Assembly (NCBI GenBank): GCA_041942055.1
Contig: CP145874.1
Location: 90,001-122,000 of the forward strand
Direction: 5' to 3'
DNA length: 32,000 nucleotides
Origin: Candidatus Saccharimonadota bacterium
Lineage (GTDB): Bacteria; Pseudomonadota; Gammaproteobacteria; Enterobacterales; Enterobacteriaceae
Each line of letters starts with the position of its first letter. The stretch's first letter is position 1. Both the position numbers and the translations under genes were made by a program. Shown one piece after another: positions 21,483 through 32,000 of this stretch. Below the pieces are notes generated by a model that was not told the origin of the DNA, did not search any database, and saw only the letters and a program-made list of their open reading frames with translations.

Positions 21483-23222
21483 ATGAATATTCAAGCTGTT
21501 ATTAATGAAAAAATAAGAAAAGCCCTAATTAAAATAGGAATAGATAATTATAGCGAGATAAATGTACGTCAATCAATAAGAGCTAGTTTTGGTGATTATC
21601 AAGTGAATGGTATTATTGCTTTAGCTAAAAGATTGCATGTTGCACCGCAACATCTTGCAAAAAAGATCCTCCAAAATCTACATCTTCATGATATTGCTAA
21701 TAGCATCAATATTGCTAATTCAGCTTATATTAATATATTTTTAAATAGTACTTGGTTAGCTAATGAAATAGAAAAAGCATTAATCTATCCTAACTTAGGT
21801 ATAAAAAAAGTTCATCCACAAAGAGTTGTAGTTGATTATTCAGGTCCGAATGTAGCAAAAGAAATGCATGTTGGTCATCTTCGATCCACTATTATTGGAG
21901 ATGCCATGGCTAGAACCTTAGAATTGTTAGGTCATCATGTAATTCGTGCTAATCATATAGGAGATTGGGGAATGCAATTTGGCATGTTAATTGCTCTCAT
22001 GGAAAACAAAAATAATAATTTTAATCAAGAGATGGCACTTAGCGACCTAGAAGATTTATATCGTGAAGCAAAAATTTATTACGAAACAGATACAGTATTT
22101 GCTCAAAAGGCAAGTGATTATGTTGTTAAATTACAACATGGAGATCTTAAATGTCTCCAGTGGTGGAAATTGTTAGTTGATATTAGTATGAAAAAAAATC
22201 AAACCATATATCATCGGCTAAACGTTACTCTAACTAATAATGATGTAATGGGAGAAAGTATCTATAATAAAATGTTACCAAATATTGTTAGTGATTTAAA
22301 ATCTAAGGAATTAGCTGTTGAAAGTGAAGGAGCTATAGTTGTTTTTCTGGATGAATTTAAAAATAAAAAAGGTAATCCCATGGGCGTCATTATTCAAAAA
22401 AAAGATGGAGCGTATTTATATACGACAACTGATATAGCATGTATAAAATATCGTTATGAAAAATTTCAGGCAGATCGAATTATTTATTATATCGATTCCC
22501 GTCAACACCAACATTTAACACAAGTTTGGACTATTGTACGTAAAGCGGGTTATATACCTCAATCGGTTTCTCTTGAACATCATATGTTTGGTATGATGTT
22601 AGGTAAAGATGATAAACCTTTCAAAACTCGTACAGGTGAGACGATCAAGTTGTTAGATTTATTAAACGAAGCTGTATTTCGCGCGAGAAATGTAATTTCA
22701 TCTAAAAATAACAATTTATCTTTAGACGAATTAACCCAAATAGCAGAAGTGGTTGGTATTGGTGCAATAAAATATGCTGATTTATCTAAGAACCGTCTGA
22801 CAAATTACGTATTTGATTGGGATCAAATGTTATCTTTTGATGGAAATACTGCACCATACATACAATATGCTTATACACGTGCCATTTCCATTTTCAGAAA
22901 AGTATTAATTCACGAAAAATATGAGTTATTAAGTAATGAAAAAATTGAACTCTCTAATGAATTGGAAAGATTGTTAGCTATACGTCTATTACAGTTTGAA
23001 GAAATTATTACTCGAGTAGCTAGGAATGGAACACCACATCTAATGTGTGCTTATCTATATAATTTAGCTGTATTATTTTCTCATTTTTATGAAACCAATC
23101 CGATTATAAAAATATCACATCCTATAATAAAAAAAAGTCGTTTAAAATTAGTAAAATTGTTTATTAAAACCATAGCTTTAGGATTAAACACTTTAGGCAT
23201 TCAAACTGTAGATAGAATGTAA
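21483..23222 (+). CDS. argS: Arginine--tRNA ligase
   Basis: 579 aa (E. coli 577 aa). Class I HIGH-type motif [31 protein letters not shown], and the characteristic C-terminal ...VDRM. Starts 2 nt after the cmoB stop. Confidence 0.96.
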   Translation: MNIQAVINEKIRKALIKIGIDNYSEINVRQSIRASFGDYQVNGIIALAKRLHVAPQHLAKKILQNLHLHDIANSINIANSAYINIFLNSTWLANEIEKALIYPNLGIKKVHPQRVVVDYSGPNVAKEMHVGHLRSTIIGDAMARTLELLGHHVIRANHIGDWGMQFGMLIALMENKNNNFNQEMALSDLEDLYREAKIYYETDTVFAQKASDYVVKLQHGDLKCLQWWKLLVDISMKKNQTIYHRLNVTLTNNDVMGESIYNKMLPNIVSDLKSKELAVESEGAIVVFLDEFKNKKGNPMGVIIQKKDGAYLYTTTDIACIKYRYEKFQADRIIYYIDSRQHQHLTQVWTIVRKAGYIPQSVSLEHHMFGMMLGKDDKPFKTRTGETIKLLDLLNEAVFRARNVISSKNNNLSLDELTQIAEVVGIGAIKYADLSKNRLTNYVFDWDQMLSFDGNTAPYIQYAYTRAISIFRKVLIHEKYELLSNEKIELSNELERLLAIRLLQFEEIITRVARNGTPHLMCAYLYNLAVLFSHFYETNPIIKISHPIIKKSRLKLVKLFIKTIALGLNTLGIQTVDRM

Positions 23223-23233
23223 ATGGTTTGATT

Positions 23234-23325
23234 GGTGAGGTTTCCGAGAGGCTGAAGGAGCATGCTTGGAAAGCATGTATACGTAAAAAAATAACGTATC
23301 GAGGGTTCGAATCCCTCCCTCACCG
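23234..23325 (+). tRNA. tRNA-Ser (anticodon GGA), class II with a long variable arm; CCA not encoded
   Basis: Hand-folded cloverleaf: acceptor GGTGAGG/CCTCACC, D-stem TCC/GGA, anticodon stem CATGC/GCATG with loop TTGGAAA (anticodon GGA), variable arm 23278-23300 (ATACG/CGTAT stem), T-arm GAGGG-TTCGAAT-CCCTC, discriminator G. The 3' flank is TCA. Very close to my recollection of E. coli tRNA-Ser(GGA), apart from the variable-arm loop. Confidence 0.93.
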
Positions 23326-23592
23326 TCATAATTTATCGATATCCTATCTATTATATTTTAGGAATTTTTTGTATTTCAGTTAGTATTTTTATACCAGACA
23401 ATATCAAAATCAATCTCACGACATATTCATGAATATAGTTAGTAGAAATAATTTTTTATAGAGTTTTACTTCAATTAATACCATCTTCTTAAGAAGTATT
23501 GAGACCAGACCAATAACTTTATAAAATAAAAATTGAATCTCATTATCTATATGTTAAAATCTTTATGGTTACAATATAATTAAAGAAGGAGA

Positions 23593-26500
23593 ATGAATAT
23601 GATGACATTATGCGTGAAGCTAAATAAAATTCTACACGATAGAATTAATCTAGCTGCGCAGCATGTTAATCGTACTCCAGACGATTTAATAAAACAGGCA
23701 ATATTAAACTACTTAGAACAGTTAGACATTGAGGATCATTTACCTAAACAATTATCTCACGTCAAATTAGATTCATCCTCTATTGAAATAGAATTGTTAA
23801 AAGCTTCAGAAGAAACGGTTTATAAACCTTTTTATGAGTTATCTAAACAAATTAGACAACAATCCGATAAAAGAGCGTTAGTTACTTCAGCATGGAGAAA
23901 ATCAGAAACTCAAGTAGTACCTAAATTACTAGAAGAAGTACGTCAATCTACAACCATCTTAGAAGATAAGATCAAACAACTAGCTCTTATTTTAGTTAAT
24001 AATCTACGTAATCCTAAAACTAGATCTAGTAGTCGCATAGATACAGTACAGAAAATCTTACATGAATTTTCTTTATCTTCTCCAGAAGGTATTTCTTTGA
24101 TGTGTTTAGCGGAAGCTCTATTACGAATTCCTGATAAACCAACACGTAATGCCCTAATCCGGGATAAAATTGGAAAAGGTAATTGGCAAGCTCATCTAGG
24201 TGTGAGTGATTCAATGTTCGTAAATGCTACCACTTGGGGATTATTAATTACAGGCCGCATTGTTAATTATAATCCTAGTAAATTATCATATTTTTTAAAT
24301 AAAATCATTCGGAATAGTGGAGAACCGATTATTCGCAAAAGTATAGATATAGCAATTCGAATAATGGGGAGAAATTTTATAATTGGTGAAACTATTTCAG
24401 AAGCATTATCTCGTTCTCGAACCTTAGAAAGTCAGGGATTTTGTTATTCCTATGATATGCTTGGAGAGGCAGCTATCACATATAAAAATGCCATTGATTA
24501 CTTTAATTCTTATCAAGAAGCAATTCATGCAATAGGAAAAGCTTCAGATGGCAGAGGAATTTATGAAGGACCTGGAATTTCTATCAAACTGTCAGCTTTA
24601 CATCCTCGTTATAATCGTACCCAATATGATCGTATTATAAATGAACTATATCCAAGATTAAAAAAATTAACATTATTAGCACGACAATATGATATAGCAA
24701 TTAATATTGATGCAGAAGAAACCGATCGATTAGAACTATCGCTAGATCTGTTAGAAAAACTTTGTTTTGAGTCAGAGTTATCTGGATGGAATGGAATTGG
24801 TTTTGTTATTCAAGCTTATCAAAAACGTTGTCCTGTCGTAATAGATACAATTATAGATTTAGCTCAACGTAGTAATCATCGTCTAATGATTAGATTAGTA
24901 AAAGGTGCTTATTGGGATACGGAAATAAAACGAGCTCAAACTGAGGGATTGGAAGATTATCCAGTATATACTCGTAAAGTATATACTGATATTTCTTATC
25001 TTGCATGTGCACGAAAATTACTGGGTGTACCACAGTTAATTTATCCTCAATTTGCTACTCATAATGCTCATACTTTAGCTGCTATATACTATTTAGCTGG
25101 TCAGAATTATTATTCAGGACAATATGAATTCCAGTGCTTACATGGCATGGGAGAAAAATTATACGACCAAATAGTTGGTTCGATATCAAAAGGACAAATG
25201 CACAGACCATGTCGTATTTATGCTCCTATTGGTAGTTATGAAAAATTACTTTCGTATTTAGTTAGACGTTTATTAGAAAATGGAGCTAATACTTCTTTTG
25301 TTAACCGTTTAGCAAATAAGTCGGTTTCAATTGAAGAACTAATTTCTAATCCAGTAGAAATAGTGGATAAAATATCATCGACAGAAGGAACCATAGGATT
25401 ACCAAATCCTAATATTCCATTACCTATAAATTTATATGGATCCCAAAGAATTAATTCTATTGGAATAGATCTAAATAATGAAAAAGATCTATCTTTATTA
25501 TCAAATGCATTATTAAAAAGTACCACGAAAAAATGGTATGCAACTTCTCTAATTAAAGGAAAAGTAGATGAAGAATGTAATCGAAAAATTATTAATCCTG
25601 CAGAAGAAAATGATATTGTAGGTTATGCTCGTGATACAACTGAAAAAGAAGTAAATGTTGCTATTACAATGGCAGAACAATCATCGAAGATATGGTCAGC
25701 TTTAGAAATACACCAAAAGGCATCCATACTAAATGATGCTGCAACATTAATGCAAAATCGTATAAATATCTTGATAAGTCTCTTAGTTCGTGAAGCAGGA
25801 AAAACCATAAGTAATGCAATTTCTGAAGTACGCGAAGCGATAGATTTTCTACGTTATTACTCCAGTAATATAAAAGATTTCGATCTTCAAAAGTTTGTAC
25901 CATTAGGTCCAGTCGTTTGTATCAGTCCATGGAATTTTCCACTAGCAATCTTTGTTGGACAAATTGCAGCTGCATTAGCCGCGGGTAATAGTGTTATAGC
26001 CAAACCTGCAGAACAAACACCCTTAATAGCTACCCAAGCCGTTAAAATTCTATATGATGCAGGAGTACCTAATGAGGTTTTACAACTCATCATTGGTAAA
26101 GGTAAGACAATAGGATCGGCATTAATTAAAAATAATCTAATACAAGGTGTCATTTTTACAGGATCTACAACTGTAGCTAAATCTATTCAAAAAATTTTGG
26201 CTGGACGTGTTGAAAGAAAGAGCATTCCTTTTATTGCTGAAACTGGAGGCATAAATGCAATGATTGTTGATTCTTCTGCATTAACGGAGCAAGTAGTTTT
26301 AGATATTATTACTTCGGCTTTTGATAGTGCAGGTCAACGTTGTTCAGCATTACGTCTATTATGTGTTCAAGAAGACGTAGCGGAACAAACCTTGAATATG
26401 TTACGAGGAGCAATGACAGAATATAGAATTGGTAATCCCGATCGACTTAGCACTGATATTGGACCGGTAATTAATCTGCAATCTAAAAAAAATCTTGAAT

Positions 26501-27573
26501 TACATATTCAAACTATGCAATCAAAGGGATTTAAAATTTATCAACCACAATTTGATATTGATCCAAATAGTAATCTTCAAAATGGCATGTTTATACCACC
26601 AACTTTAATTGAAATCAATCATATTAGTGAACTACAAACCGAAGTTTTTGGTCCTATATTACATATACTTCGTTTTTCTAGAAAAAATCTCTCTAAAATA
26701 ATCAATGATATTAATGCTTCTGGATATGGTTTAACCATGGGTATTCATACTCGCATTGATGAAACTGTTGCTCAAATCATGAAAATAGCTCAAGTTGGTA
26801 ATTTATACGTTAATAGAAATATGATTGGTGCAGTAGTTGGAGTACAACCCTTTGGTGGAGAAGGATTATCTGGCACGGGTCCAAAGGCAGGAGGACCACT
26901 TTATCTGTATAAATTGCTATCTAACTATCCCGAAGAAGCTATACATGTAACACTATCGAAATATGTAAAAATTACTTCAGAAAACTATATCGATGGTCAA
27001 AAATTATTAGAACCACTTCATTTTTTAATCTCATGGGCAAAAAAAAATCAAAATCATGATTTGGTGAACCTTTGTAGATACTTTCTAAAATTATCTGTTA
27101 GTAATACAACTTATTTACTTCCTGGACCAACAGGAGAACAGAATACTTATTCTTTATCACCTCGACAAGGTATATTATGTTTAGCCGATAATCAATCGGA
27201 TTTATTAATTCAATTAGCAGCGATAGCAAGTATTGGTAGTAAAGCATTATGGTTGGAAGAGAAATTATATCGTAATACATATACTATTCTTCCGAAAGAA
27301 ATTACGAATATTATTCGTTTTGTGAATCCTCAAGATATTTTCGATAAAAATCGGTTATTTGATACTATATTATATCATGGTGATACATCTAAAATGCGTG
27401 AAATATGCACCAAAATAGCTAATCAAAGTGAAATCATAATACCTGTATATGGATTTTCTAAAGGACAGACCAAGTTATTTTTAGAGAGGTTTATATTAGA
27501 AAAAACTTTAAGTATTAATACTACAGCTGTAGGAGGAAATACTAGTTTAATTACTCTGAGAGAAAATTGTTAA
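23593..27573 (+). CDS. putA: Trifunctional PutA: RHH DNA-binding domain, proline dehydrogenase and 1-pyrroline-5-carboxylate dehydrogenase
   Basis: 1326 aa, collinear with E. coli PutA (1320 aa). N-terminal ribbon-helix-helix (CVKLN....[26 protein letters not shown]). PRODH motifs [31 protein letters not shown]5CDH motifs FTGST, IAETGG.NAMIVD, catalytic Cys in [12 protein letters not shown]. The C-terminal domain is retained. Start is ambiguous among ATGs at 23593, 23599 and 23602. SD AAGGAG (23586-23591) favours 23599. Confidence 0.95.
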   Translation: MNMMTLCVKLNKILHDRINLAAQHVNRTPDDLIKQAILNYLEQLDIEDHLPKQLSHVKLDSSSIEIELLKASEETVYKPFYELSKQIRQQSDKRALVTSAWRKSETQVVPKLLEEVRQSTTILEDKIKQLALILVNNLRNPKTRSSSRIDTVQKILHEFSLSSPEGISLMCLAEALLRIPDKPTRNALIRDKIGKGNWQAHLGVSDSMFVNATTWGLLITGRIVNYNPSKLSYFLNKIIRNSGEPIIRKSIDIAIRIMGRNFIIGETISEALSRSRTLESQGFCYSYDMLGEAAITYKNAIDYFNSYQEAIHAIGKASDGRGIYEGPGISIKLSALHPRYNRTQYDRIINELYPRLKKLTLLARQYDIAINIDAEETDRLELSLDLLEKLCFESELSGWNGIGFVIQAYQKRCPVVIDTIIDLAQRSNHRLMIRLVKGAYWDTEIKRAQTEGLEDYPVYTRKVYTDISYLACARKLLGVPQLIYPQFATHNAHTLAAIYYLAGQNYYSGQYEFQCLHGMGEKLYDQIVGSISKGQMHRPCRIYAPIGSYEKLLSYLVRRLLENGANTSFVNRLANKSVSIEELISNPVEIVDKISSTEGTIGLPNPNIPLPINLYGSQRINSIGIDLNNEKDLSLLSNALLKSTTKKWYATSLIKGKVDEECNRKIINPAEENDIVGYARDTTEKEVNVAITMAEQSSKIWSALEIHQKASILNDAATLMQNRINILISLLVREAGKTISNAISEVREAIDFLRYYSSNIKDFDLQKFVPLGPVVCISPWNFPLAIFVGQIAAALAAGNSVIAKPAEQTPLIATQAVKILYDAGVPNEVLQLIIGKGKTIGSALIKNNLIQGVIFTGSTTVAKSIQKILAGRVERKSIPFIAETGGINAMIVDSSALTEQVVLDIITSAFDSAGQRCSALRLLCVQEDVAEQTLNMLRGAMTEYRIGNPDRLSTDIGPVINLQSKKNLELHIQTMQSKGFKIYQPQFDIDPNSNLQNGMFIPPTLIEINHISELQTEVFGPILHILRFSRKNLSKIINDINASGYGLTMGIHTRIDETVAQIMKIAQVGNLYVNRNMIGAVVGVQPFGGEGLSGTGPKAGGPLYLYKLLSNYPEEAIHVTLSKYVKITSENYIDGQKLLEPLHFLISWAKKNQNHDLVNLCRYFLKLSVSNTTYLLPGPTGEQNTYSLSPRQGILCLADNQSDLLIQLAAIASIGSKALWLEEKLYRNTYTILPKEITNIIRFVNPQDIFDKNRLFDTILYHGDTSKMREICTKIANQSEIIIPVYGFSKGQTKLFLERFILEKTLSINTTAVGGNTSLITLRENC

Positions 27574-27578
27574 TTTTT

Positions 27579-28352
27579 ATGGGATTTCTAACCGGAAAAT
27601 ATATGTTGATAATGGGAGTTGCTAACAGCTATTCAATCGCTTACGGTATAGCAAAAGCTATGTCTCATCATGGTGCTGAATTAGCATTTACTTATGAAAA
27701 CAACCGATTAAAGAATAAAGTTCAATCACTTGCAGAAACTTTACATTCTAAAATAGTTTTACCTTGTGATGTTAGTAACGATCATAACATACAAAAACTA
27801 TTTGATAATCTTAAAAAACATTGGACAAAATTTGATGGATTAGTTCACTCTATAGCATATGCACCTAGAAATGAACTTACTGATGATTATATTGATAATA
27901 TAAGTCGTCAAGGATTTAAAATATCACATGATATTACTTCTTATAGTTTTGTAGCTTTAGCAAAAGCATGTCGTCATATGCTTAATAATAATGCTACATT
28001 TCTAACGTTATCTTTCTTAGGATCGCAAAGAACTATTCCTAATTATAATGTAATGGGAATTGCTAAAGCTTCATTAGAAGCTAATGTGCGTTATATGGCT
28101 CATTCTATGGGTTCTAAAGGAATACGTGTTAATGCTATTTCTAGTGGTCCAATTAAAACTCTTGCAGCGTATGGTATTAAAAATTTTAAAAAATTTTTTT
28201 CATATATCGAATCTCATTCTCCTCTGAGACGTACTGTTACTAGAGAAGAAGTCGGAAATGTGGCATCTTTTCTGTGTTCCGATTTAGCTTCAGGAATAAC
28301 TGGACAAGTAATTCATGTTGATGGGGGTTTTAATATTGTGTTACCACTATAA
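27579..28352 (+). CDS. fabI: Enoyl-[acyl-carrier-protein] reductase (NADH) FabI
   Basis: From ATG 27579 the product begins MGFLTGK, as E. coli FabI begins MGFLSGK (257 aa here). Motifs: SIAYGIA.AM, catalytic Y...K context [28 protein letters not shown]. The track start at 27567 is a TTG overlapping the putA stop. Confidence 0.95.
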   Translation: MGFLTGKYMLIMGVANSYSIAYGIAKAMSHHGAELAFTYENNRLKNKVQSLAETLHSKIVLPCDVSNDHNIQKLFDNLKKHWTKFDGLVHSIAYAPRNELTDDYIDNISRQGFKISHDITSYSFVALAKACRHMLNNNATFLTLSFLGSQRTIPNYNVMGIAKASLEANVRYMAHSMGSKGIRVNAISSGPIKTLAAYGIKNFKKFFSYIESHSPLRRTVTREEVGNVASFLCSDLASGITGQVIHVDGGFNIVLPL

Positions 28353-28660
28353 TAGTAAGTAAGAGAAAAAATGAACTTTGAAAGGTTTTATCAACTCCCA
28401 GAGGATCTTTAGTTAGACAATTACTTCTTGAAGGAATAGCAAAAAAATTTTTATCGTCCAAATTCCTATTGGAGATAGGTTTGTAGTCGTTAATAAATAT
28501 CTATTTTATTGATGATAGCACAGAAGATAGATATGTATTTTATAAAATCCAATCGCCACATGGATCATGCCAAAATAGGTACACTTCAACTACATAATTT
28601 TTTTAAGATTCTATCTTTCTTCATAATAGTTATTTTAGATCTTCAATGAATTATTACTGT
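28353..28660. other. 308-bp non-coding spacer between convergent fabI and fumC; possible gene remnant
   Basis: No ORF of 60 aa or more. Composition looks less AT-extreme than other spacers (e.g. ccacatggatcatgccaaaataggtacac). I found no terminator hairpin. Confidence 0.4.
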
Positions 28661-30058
28661 TTACTTACTATAAATCATTTTTTCGGGTTGTATTAACCTA
28701 TCAAATTCTTTAGCATTCAAATATCCTAATTTTATAGCCGAATCTTTTAAAGTTAACTCTTCTGTATAAGCTTTTTTAGCTATCTTTGCACATTTATCAT
28801 AACCAATATAAGGAGTTAATGCTGTTACTAACATCAAAGATTCATTTAACAGTTGTTTTATTCTTTTATAATTAGGCTTAATACCTATGACACAATTTTT
28901 ATTAAAACTTGCTATACCATCTGCTAATAACCTTACAGATTGTAAAAAATTATAAATCACCATAGGTCTATATACATTCAATTCGAAATTACCCGACGAT
29001 CCTCCTATATTTATAGCTACATCATTACCCATTATTTGACAACATAACATAGTTATAGCTTCACACTGAGTAGGATTAATTTTTCCTGGCATAATAGAAC
29101 TACCCGGTTCATTTTCGGGAATAAAAATTTCACCAATTCCACATCTAGGTCCCGATGCTAGCCAACGTATATCATTAGCAATTTTCATTAATGAAACAGC
29201 TAATCCTTTTAAAGTACCATGTACATATACAAGTGCATCACAAGTTGCTAAAGCTTCAAATTTATTTGGTGCAGTGATAAAAGGCTGATCAGTGATGTTA
29301 GCTATTTCTTGAGCTACAAGCTGTGCATAATCCGGATGAGTATTTAAACCTGTACCAACTGCTGTTCCTCCTAAAGCTAGTTCATAAAGATTTAATAAAC
29401 TCTGCTCAATATGTTGAAAATTATGAATGATCATTGTAGCCCATCCTGAAATTTCTTGACCTAATGTTAATGGTGTAGCATCTTGTAAATGAGTACGACC
29501 AACTTTTATTACATTTTTATAATCATCCGATTTTTCTTTTAAAGTATTAGATAAGCAAGTTATTTTGGGGAGTAACTGATTACGTATAGATAGAACTGCT
29601 GCAATATGCATTGCTGTAGGAAAAACATCATTAGAACTTTGACTTTTATTAACATGATCATTAGCATGTACTAAACGTGTTATTCCACGCTTACCTCCTA
29701 GAATTTCACTAGCACGATTAGCTAATACTTCATTAATATTCATGTTGGTTTGAGTTCCAGATCCGGTTTGCCAAATTACTAAAGGAAATTCATTTATATG
29801 TTTATTTTCAATTATCTCATCAGCAGCAATAATAATTGCATTTGCTAAATCCTGAGAAAGTAATCCTAATTCACTATTAATTTTTGCCGTAACTTTCTTA
29901 ATTAATGCTAAAGCTGTTATTAATTCCAAGGGAATTTTTTCAGTAGAAATTTTAAAATAGTTTAAGGAACGTTGTGTTTGAGCTCCCCACAATTTATCAT
30001 TAGGAACCTTAATACTACCAAGTGAATCTTTTTCATAACGTTCTATTTTTTTTTTCAT
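28661..30058 (-). CDS. fumC: Fumarate hydratase class II
   Basis: 465 aa, collinear with E. coli FumC (467 aa). Matching motifs: EKDS.G...[45 protein letters not shown], signature [11 protein letters not shown]. Confidence 0.97.
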   Translation of the reverse strand: MKKKIERYEKDSLGSIKVPNDKLWGAQTQRSLNYFKISTEKIPLELITALALIKKVTAKINSELGLLSQDLANAIIIAADEIIENKHINEFPLVIWQTGSGTQTNMNINEVLANRASEILGGKRGITRLVHANDHVNKSQSSNDVFPTAMHIAAVLSIRNQLLPKITCLSNTLKEKSDDYKNVIKVGRTHLQDATPLTLGQEISGWATMIIHNFQHIEQSLLNLYELALGGTAVGTGLNTHPDYAQLVAQEIANITDQPFITAPNKFEALATCDALVYVHGTLKGLAVSLMKIANDIRWLASGPRCGIGEIFIPENEPGSSIMPGKINPTQCEAITMLCCQIMGNDVAINIGGSSGNFELNVYRPMVIYNFLQSVRLLADGIASFNKNCVIGIKPNYKRIKQLLNESLMLVTALTPYIGYDKCAKIAKKAYTEELTLKDSAIKLGYLNAKEFDRLIQPEKMIYSK

Positions 30059-30074
30059 ATTGCATTTCCTTATT

Positions 30075-32000
30075 TTATAATAACATCTTGTCTAAAGTTG
30101 TAATAAGTTTTTTATTAGGACGTAATTTCCAAATCCCTTTAGATTGGTCTTTAGTAATACCACGTAAAAAAAGACCATATACTCCTCCAAAATGAATTTC
30201 ATAATCATAATCTGATGAATAATACTGTAGATAGCGATGAAATGCTAAAGTATATATAATATATTGCCAATCATAGTTATAATTTCGGATAAATTTTTCT
30301 AAAGATTGATAATTATATGCTCTAGTATTTTTACCTAACCAAATCGTTTTATAATCTATAAGATAATATTTATTTCCAAATTGAAAAATTAAATCAATGC
30401 AACCTTTCAATAAATTACCAAAATTATTTAATTTAATAGAAGAAAGATCACTAGTCTGGGTATAATAATGTCTAACAATTTCATGCAGATGATGAATTTT
30501 AAAAGAAGAATTTACTTTTAAATTAAACATCCATTGATTTTTTTTATGATGATTAACTATCTTACTTAAACTTATATCCTCGATATTATCTATACCAACA
30601 TGTAAAATATTCTCAATCCACTGATTTAATACAGGGATCCAAACTAAATTTAATCCATATTTTTTTAGGGTTGTTTCTAAAACATCATTTAGTTTAGGTC
30701 GAATAAAATCAATCATTTTAAATAAATTATGTAAAAAAACACATGAAGTAATTCCACGAGGAAAAGTATGTGGAGACATAGGTAGACTAAGAGGATCATA
30801 AATATCATTATCAATTACTGCCTCTCGATCAATATCGGGAAATAATTCTTCTATACTTATTATGGGACTACGATTAATACTATCTTTAGTGTAAAGAAGA
30901 GTATTATTGCCTAATGGATTTGCATTCAACGCAATGGAGTTGATAACCGAAACGGTTGATGTAATGATTTTTGGATAAGCAGATTTAACAAGAGTCGTAT
31001 TTTCTGGTGTATATACTATTTCAATATTTTCAGTTTGTATTTCTTTTAAACTTTTAACTAATTCTTTTGTATTATGTGATTTACCTTTTTGTATTAAATA
31101 TCCGAGAGCACTGAGATGTAGATCATGTTTTTCGGGTGTTTTTTTATTTCCTTTAATTAAAGGTGCAATTCCTACACTACAATGCCAAATAGATCTAGTT
31201 AAAGCTACATAAAGTATGCGTAAATCTTCAGCCAAACGTTCTTCATCTGCAAGTTGTTTAGTTAGATGGTTAGGATGTAAATCAAGTATTTTACGCAATG
31301 TTATTCGATCATGATATAAAATATCAGTTGCTTGCCTAAATAGTGCAATAAAAGGTAACCAAACTAATGGATATTGTAATCCTTTAGATTTATGAATAGA
31401 AACAATATGAATCTTATTCATATTAGATTCTAAATTTAATCGCTGATTTACTGTCGTCTGATCATTGGATTGAATAATCTGTAACTCTAACCATCGTATT
31501 AATGCATATTCATTATTGAGTTGAAAAGAAGCTTTTTGTAATAGTTCAATAAGATGAAAAATATCTATTAAACGTCTCTCTTGATTATTTATTAAAAATT
31601 TTTCATAAATTTGATGTGATATTATTAATTCATGTAACATTGGCATCACACCATATTGAAACCAAATTTTTCGATAATGAATAAATTTTTGATAAAAATC
31701 ATTATAATCCTCTTTATTTAGAATGTTATCTATGGTTTTAGCATCGAATCCAAATAAACTAGTAGCTAAAGCAGTACGTAACATTTGTGATTTATTAGTC
31801 ATTAAGATGGTTTTTAGTAAATATAAGATTTCACGTGCTTCTACTGTAGAATAAATATTCTCACGACTAGAATGATAAATAGATGCAATATTTAAATTAT
31901 TAAGTGCATTTTGTATAATTGTTGCTTCTTGTTGATTTCGTACTAATATAACAATATCAGCAGGTGTAATTTTACGTATGCTGTTACCATTTATTAAATG
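30075..32000 (-). CDS. recB: Exodeoxyribonuclease V subunit RecB, C-terminal ~640 codons; the N-terminus lies beyond the window edge
   Basis: The track ORF (30075-31802) begins at an internal Met. My translation of the minus strand from 32000 ([70 protein letters not shown]...) is in the same frame with no stop. It parallels the E. coli RecB region ...ISVLVRSRQEA..VR.AL....IPSVYLS.R.SVF.T.EA.E.... Helicase motif [24 protein letters not shown], and nuclease-domain motif GCIDLIF...YYLIDYKT are present. Confidence 0.9.
   Translation of the reverse strand, partial: HLINGNSIRKITPADIVILVRNQQEATIIQNALNNLNIASIYHSSRENIYSTVEAREILYLLKTILMTNKSQMLRTALATSLFGFDAKTIDNILNKEDYNDFYQKFIHYRKIWFQYGVMPMLHELIISHQIYEKFLINNQERRLIDIFHLIELLQKASFQLNNEYALIRWLELQIIQSNDQTTVNQRLNLESNMNKIHIVSIHKSKGLQYPLVWLPFIALFRQATDILYHDRITLRKILDLHPNHLTKQLADEERLAEDLRILYVALTRSIWHCSVGIAPLIKGNKKTPEKHDLHLSALGYLIQKGKSHNTKELVKSLKEIQTENIEIVYTPENTTLVKSAYPKIITSTVSVINSIALNANPLGNNTLLYTKDSINRSPIISIEELFPDIDREAVIDNDIYDPLSLPMSPHTFPRGITSCVFLHNLFKMIDFIRPKLNDVLETTLKKYGLNLVWIPVLNQWIENILHVGIDNIEDISLSKIVNHHKKNQWMFNLKVNSSFKIHHLHEIVRHYYTQTSDLSSIKLNNFGNLLKGCIDLIFQFGNKYYLIDYKTIWLGKNTRAYNYQSLEKFIRNYNYDWQYIIYTLAFHRYLQYYSSDYDYEIHFGGVYGLFLRGITKDQSKGIWKLRPNKKLITTLDKMLL

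Noticed and set aside
23485-23496. Perfect 12-bp palindrome CTTCTTAAGAAG upstream of putA
   Set aside because: It is not related to the PutA GTTGCA operator and has no loop to form a hairpin. It is a single occurrence, so there is insufficient evidence for a regulatory call.
27567-27578. TTG-initiated extension of fabI overlapping the putA stop
   Set aside because: E. coli FabI starts MGFLSGK and ATG 27579 gives MGFLTGK. The extension adds a non-homologous MLIF.
28371-28412. 13-codon ORF MNFERFYQLPEDL just after fabI; 19 of its first 21 nt are identical to the start of cmoB (ATGAACTTCGAAAGTTTTTAT at 20518)
   Set aside because: It is too short to evaluate, and the similarity ends after 7 codons. 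In AT-rich DNA such matches occur by chance. There is no support for a duplicated cmoB fragment beyond that.
30046-30058. Long homopolymers inside genes (A10 at the fumC start, A9 runs in putA near 27039 and in glyS near 12125 and 12960), examined as possible frameshift or transcriptional-slippage sites
   Set aside because: All these genes are in frame through the tracts and align full length to their orthologs, so no slippage needs to be invoked.

Overview
The window reads as an AT-rich, highly compacted chromosome segment from a reduced-genome gammaproteobacterium, probably an Enterobacterales-derived obligate insect endosymbiont of the Blochmannia/Wigglesworthia/Buchnera type. I cannot name the species from sequence alone. 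Every long ORF that is not an antisense shadow aligns end to end with a well-known E. coli housekeeping protein that I can recall. In order these are: tusD (partial), lpdA, hpt, yadG, yadH, dksA, erpA, degP, aspA, groES, groEL, glyQ, glyS, talA-like transaldolase, ruvB, ruvA, ruvC, yebC, aspS, cmoA, cmoB, argS, tRNA-Ser(GGA), putA, fabI, fumC and recB (partial). Gene order follows several E. coli-syntenic blocks that have been joined by deletion. Many junctions are 1-16 bp or overlap. I found no CRISPR array, transposase, integrase, phage gene, toxin-antitoxin pair, defence-like gene or unassignable multi-gene cluster. My honest conclusion is that this is core housekeeping DNA and that no novel biological system is supportable here. 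The observations worth a second look are smaller in scale. They are: a 942-bp gene-free spacer (dksA-erpA) containing a 48-codon hydrophobic ORF; a DegP lacking its second PDZ domain; a near-consensus sigma-32 groESL promoter with a GC hairpin in the leader; a tRNA-Ser with an expanded variable-arm loop and no encoded CCA; a full-length trifunctional PutA with no putP and no recognisable operator, abutting fabI; an hpt-yadG-yadH unit with overlapping stop/start codons; an in-frame deletion in GlyS; and convergent genes with almost no spacer.
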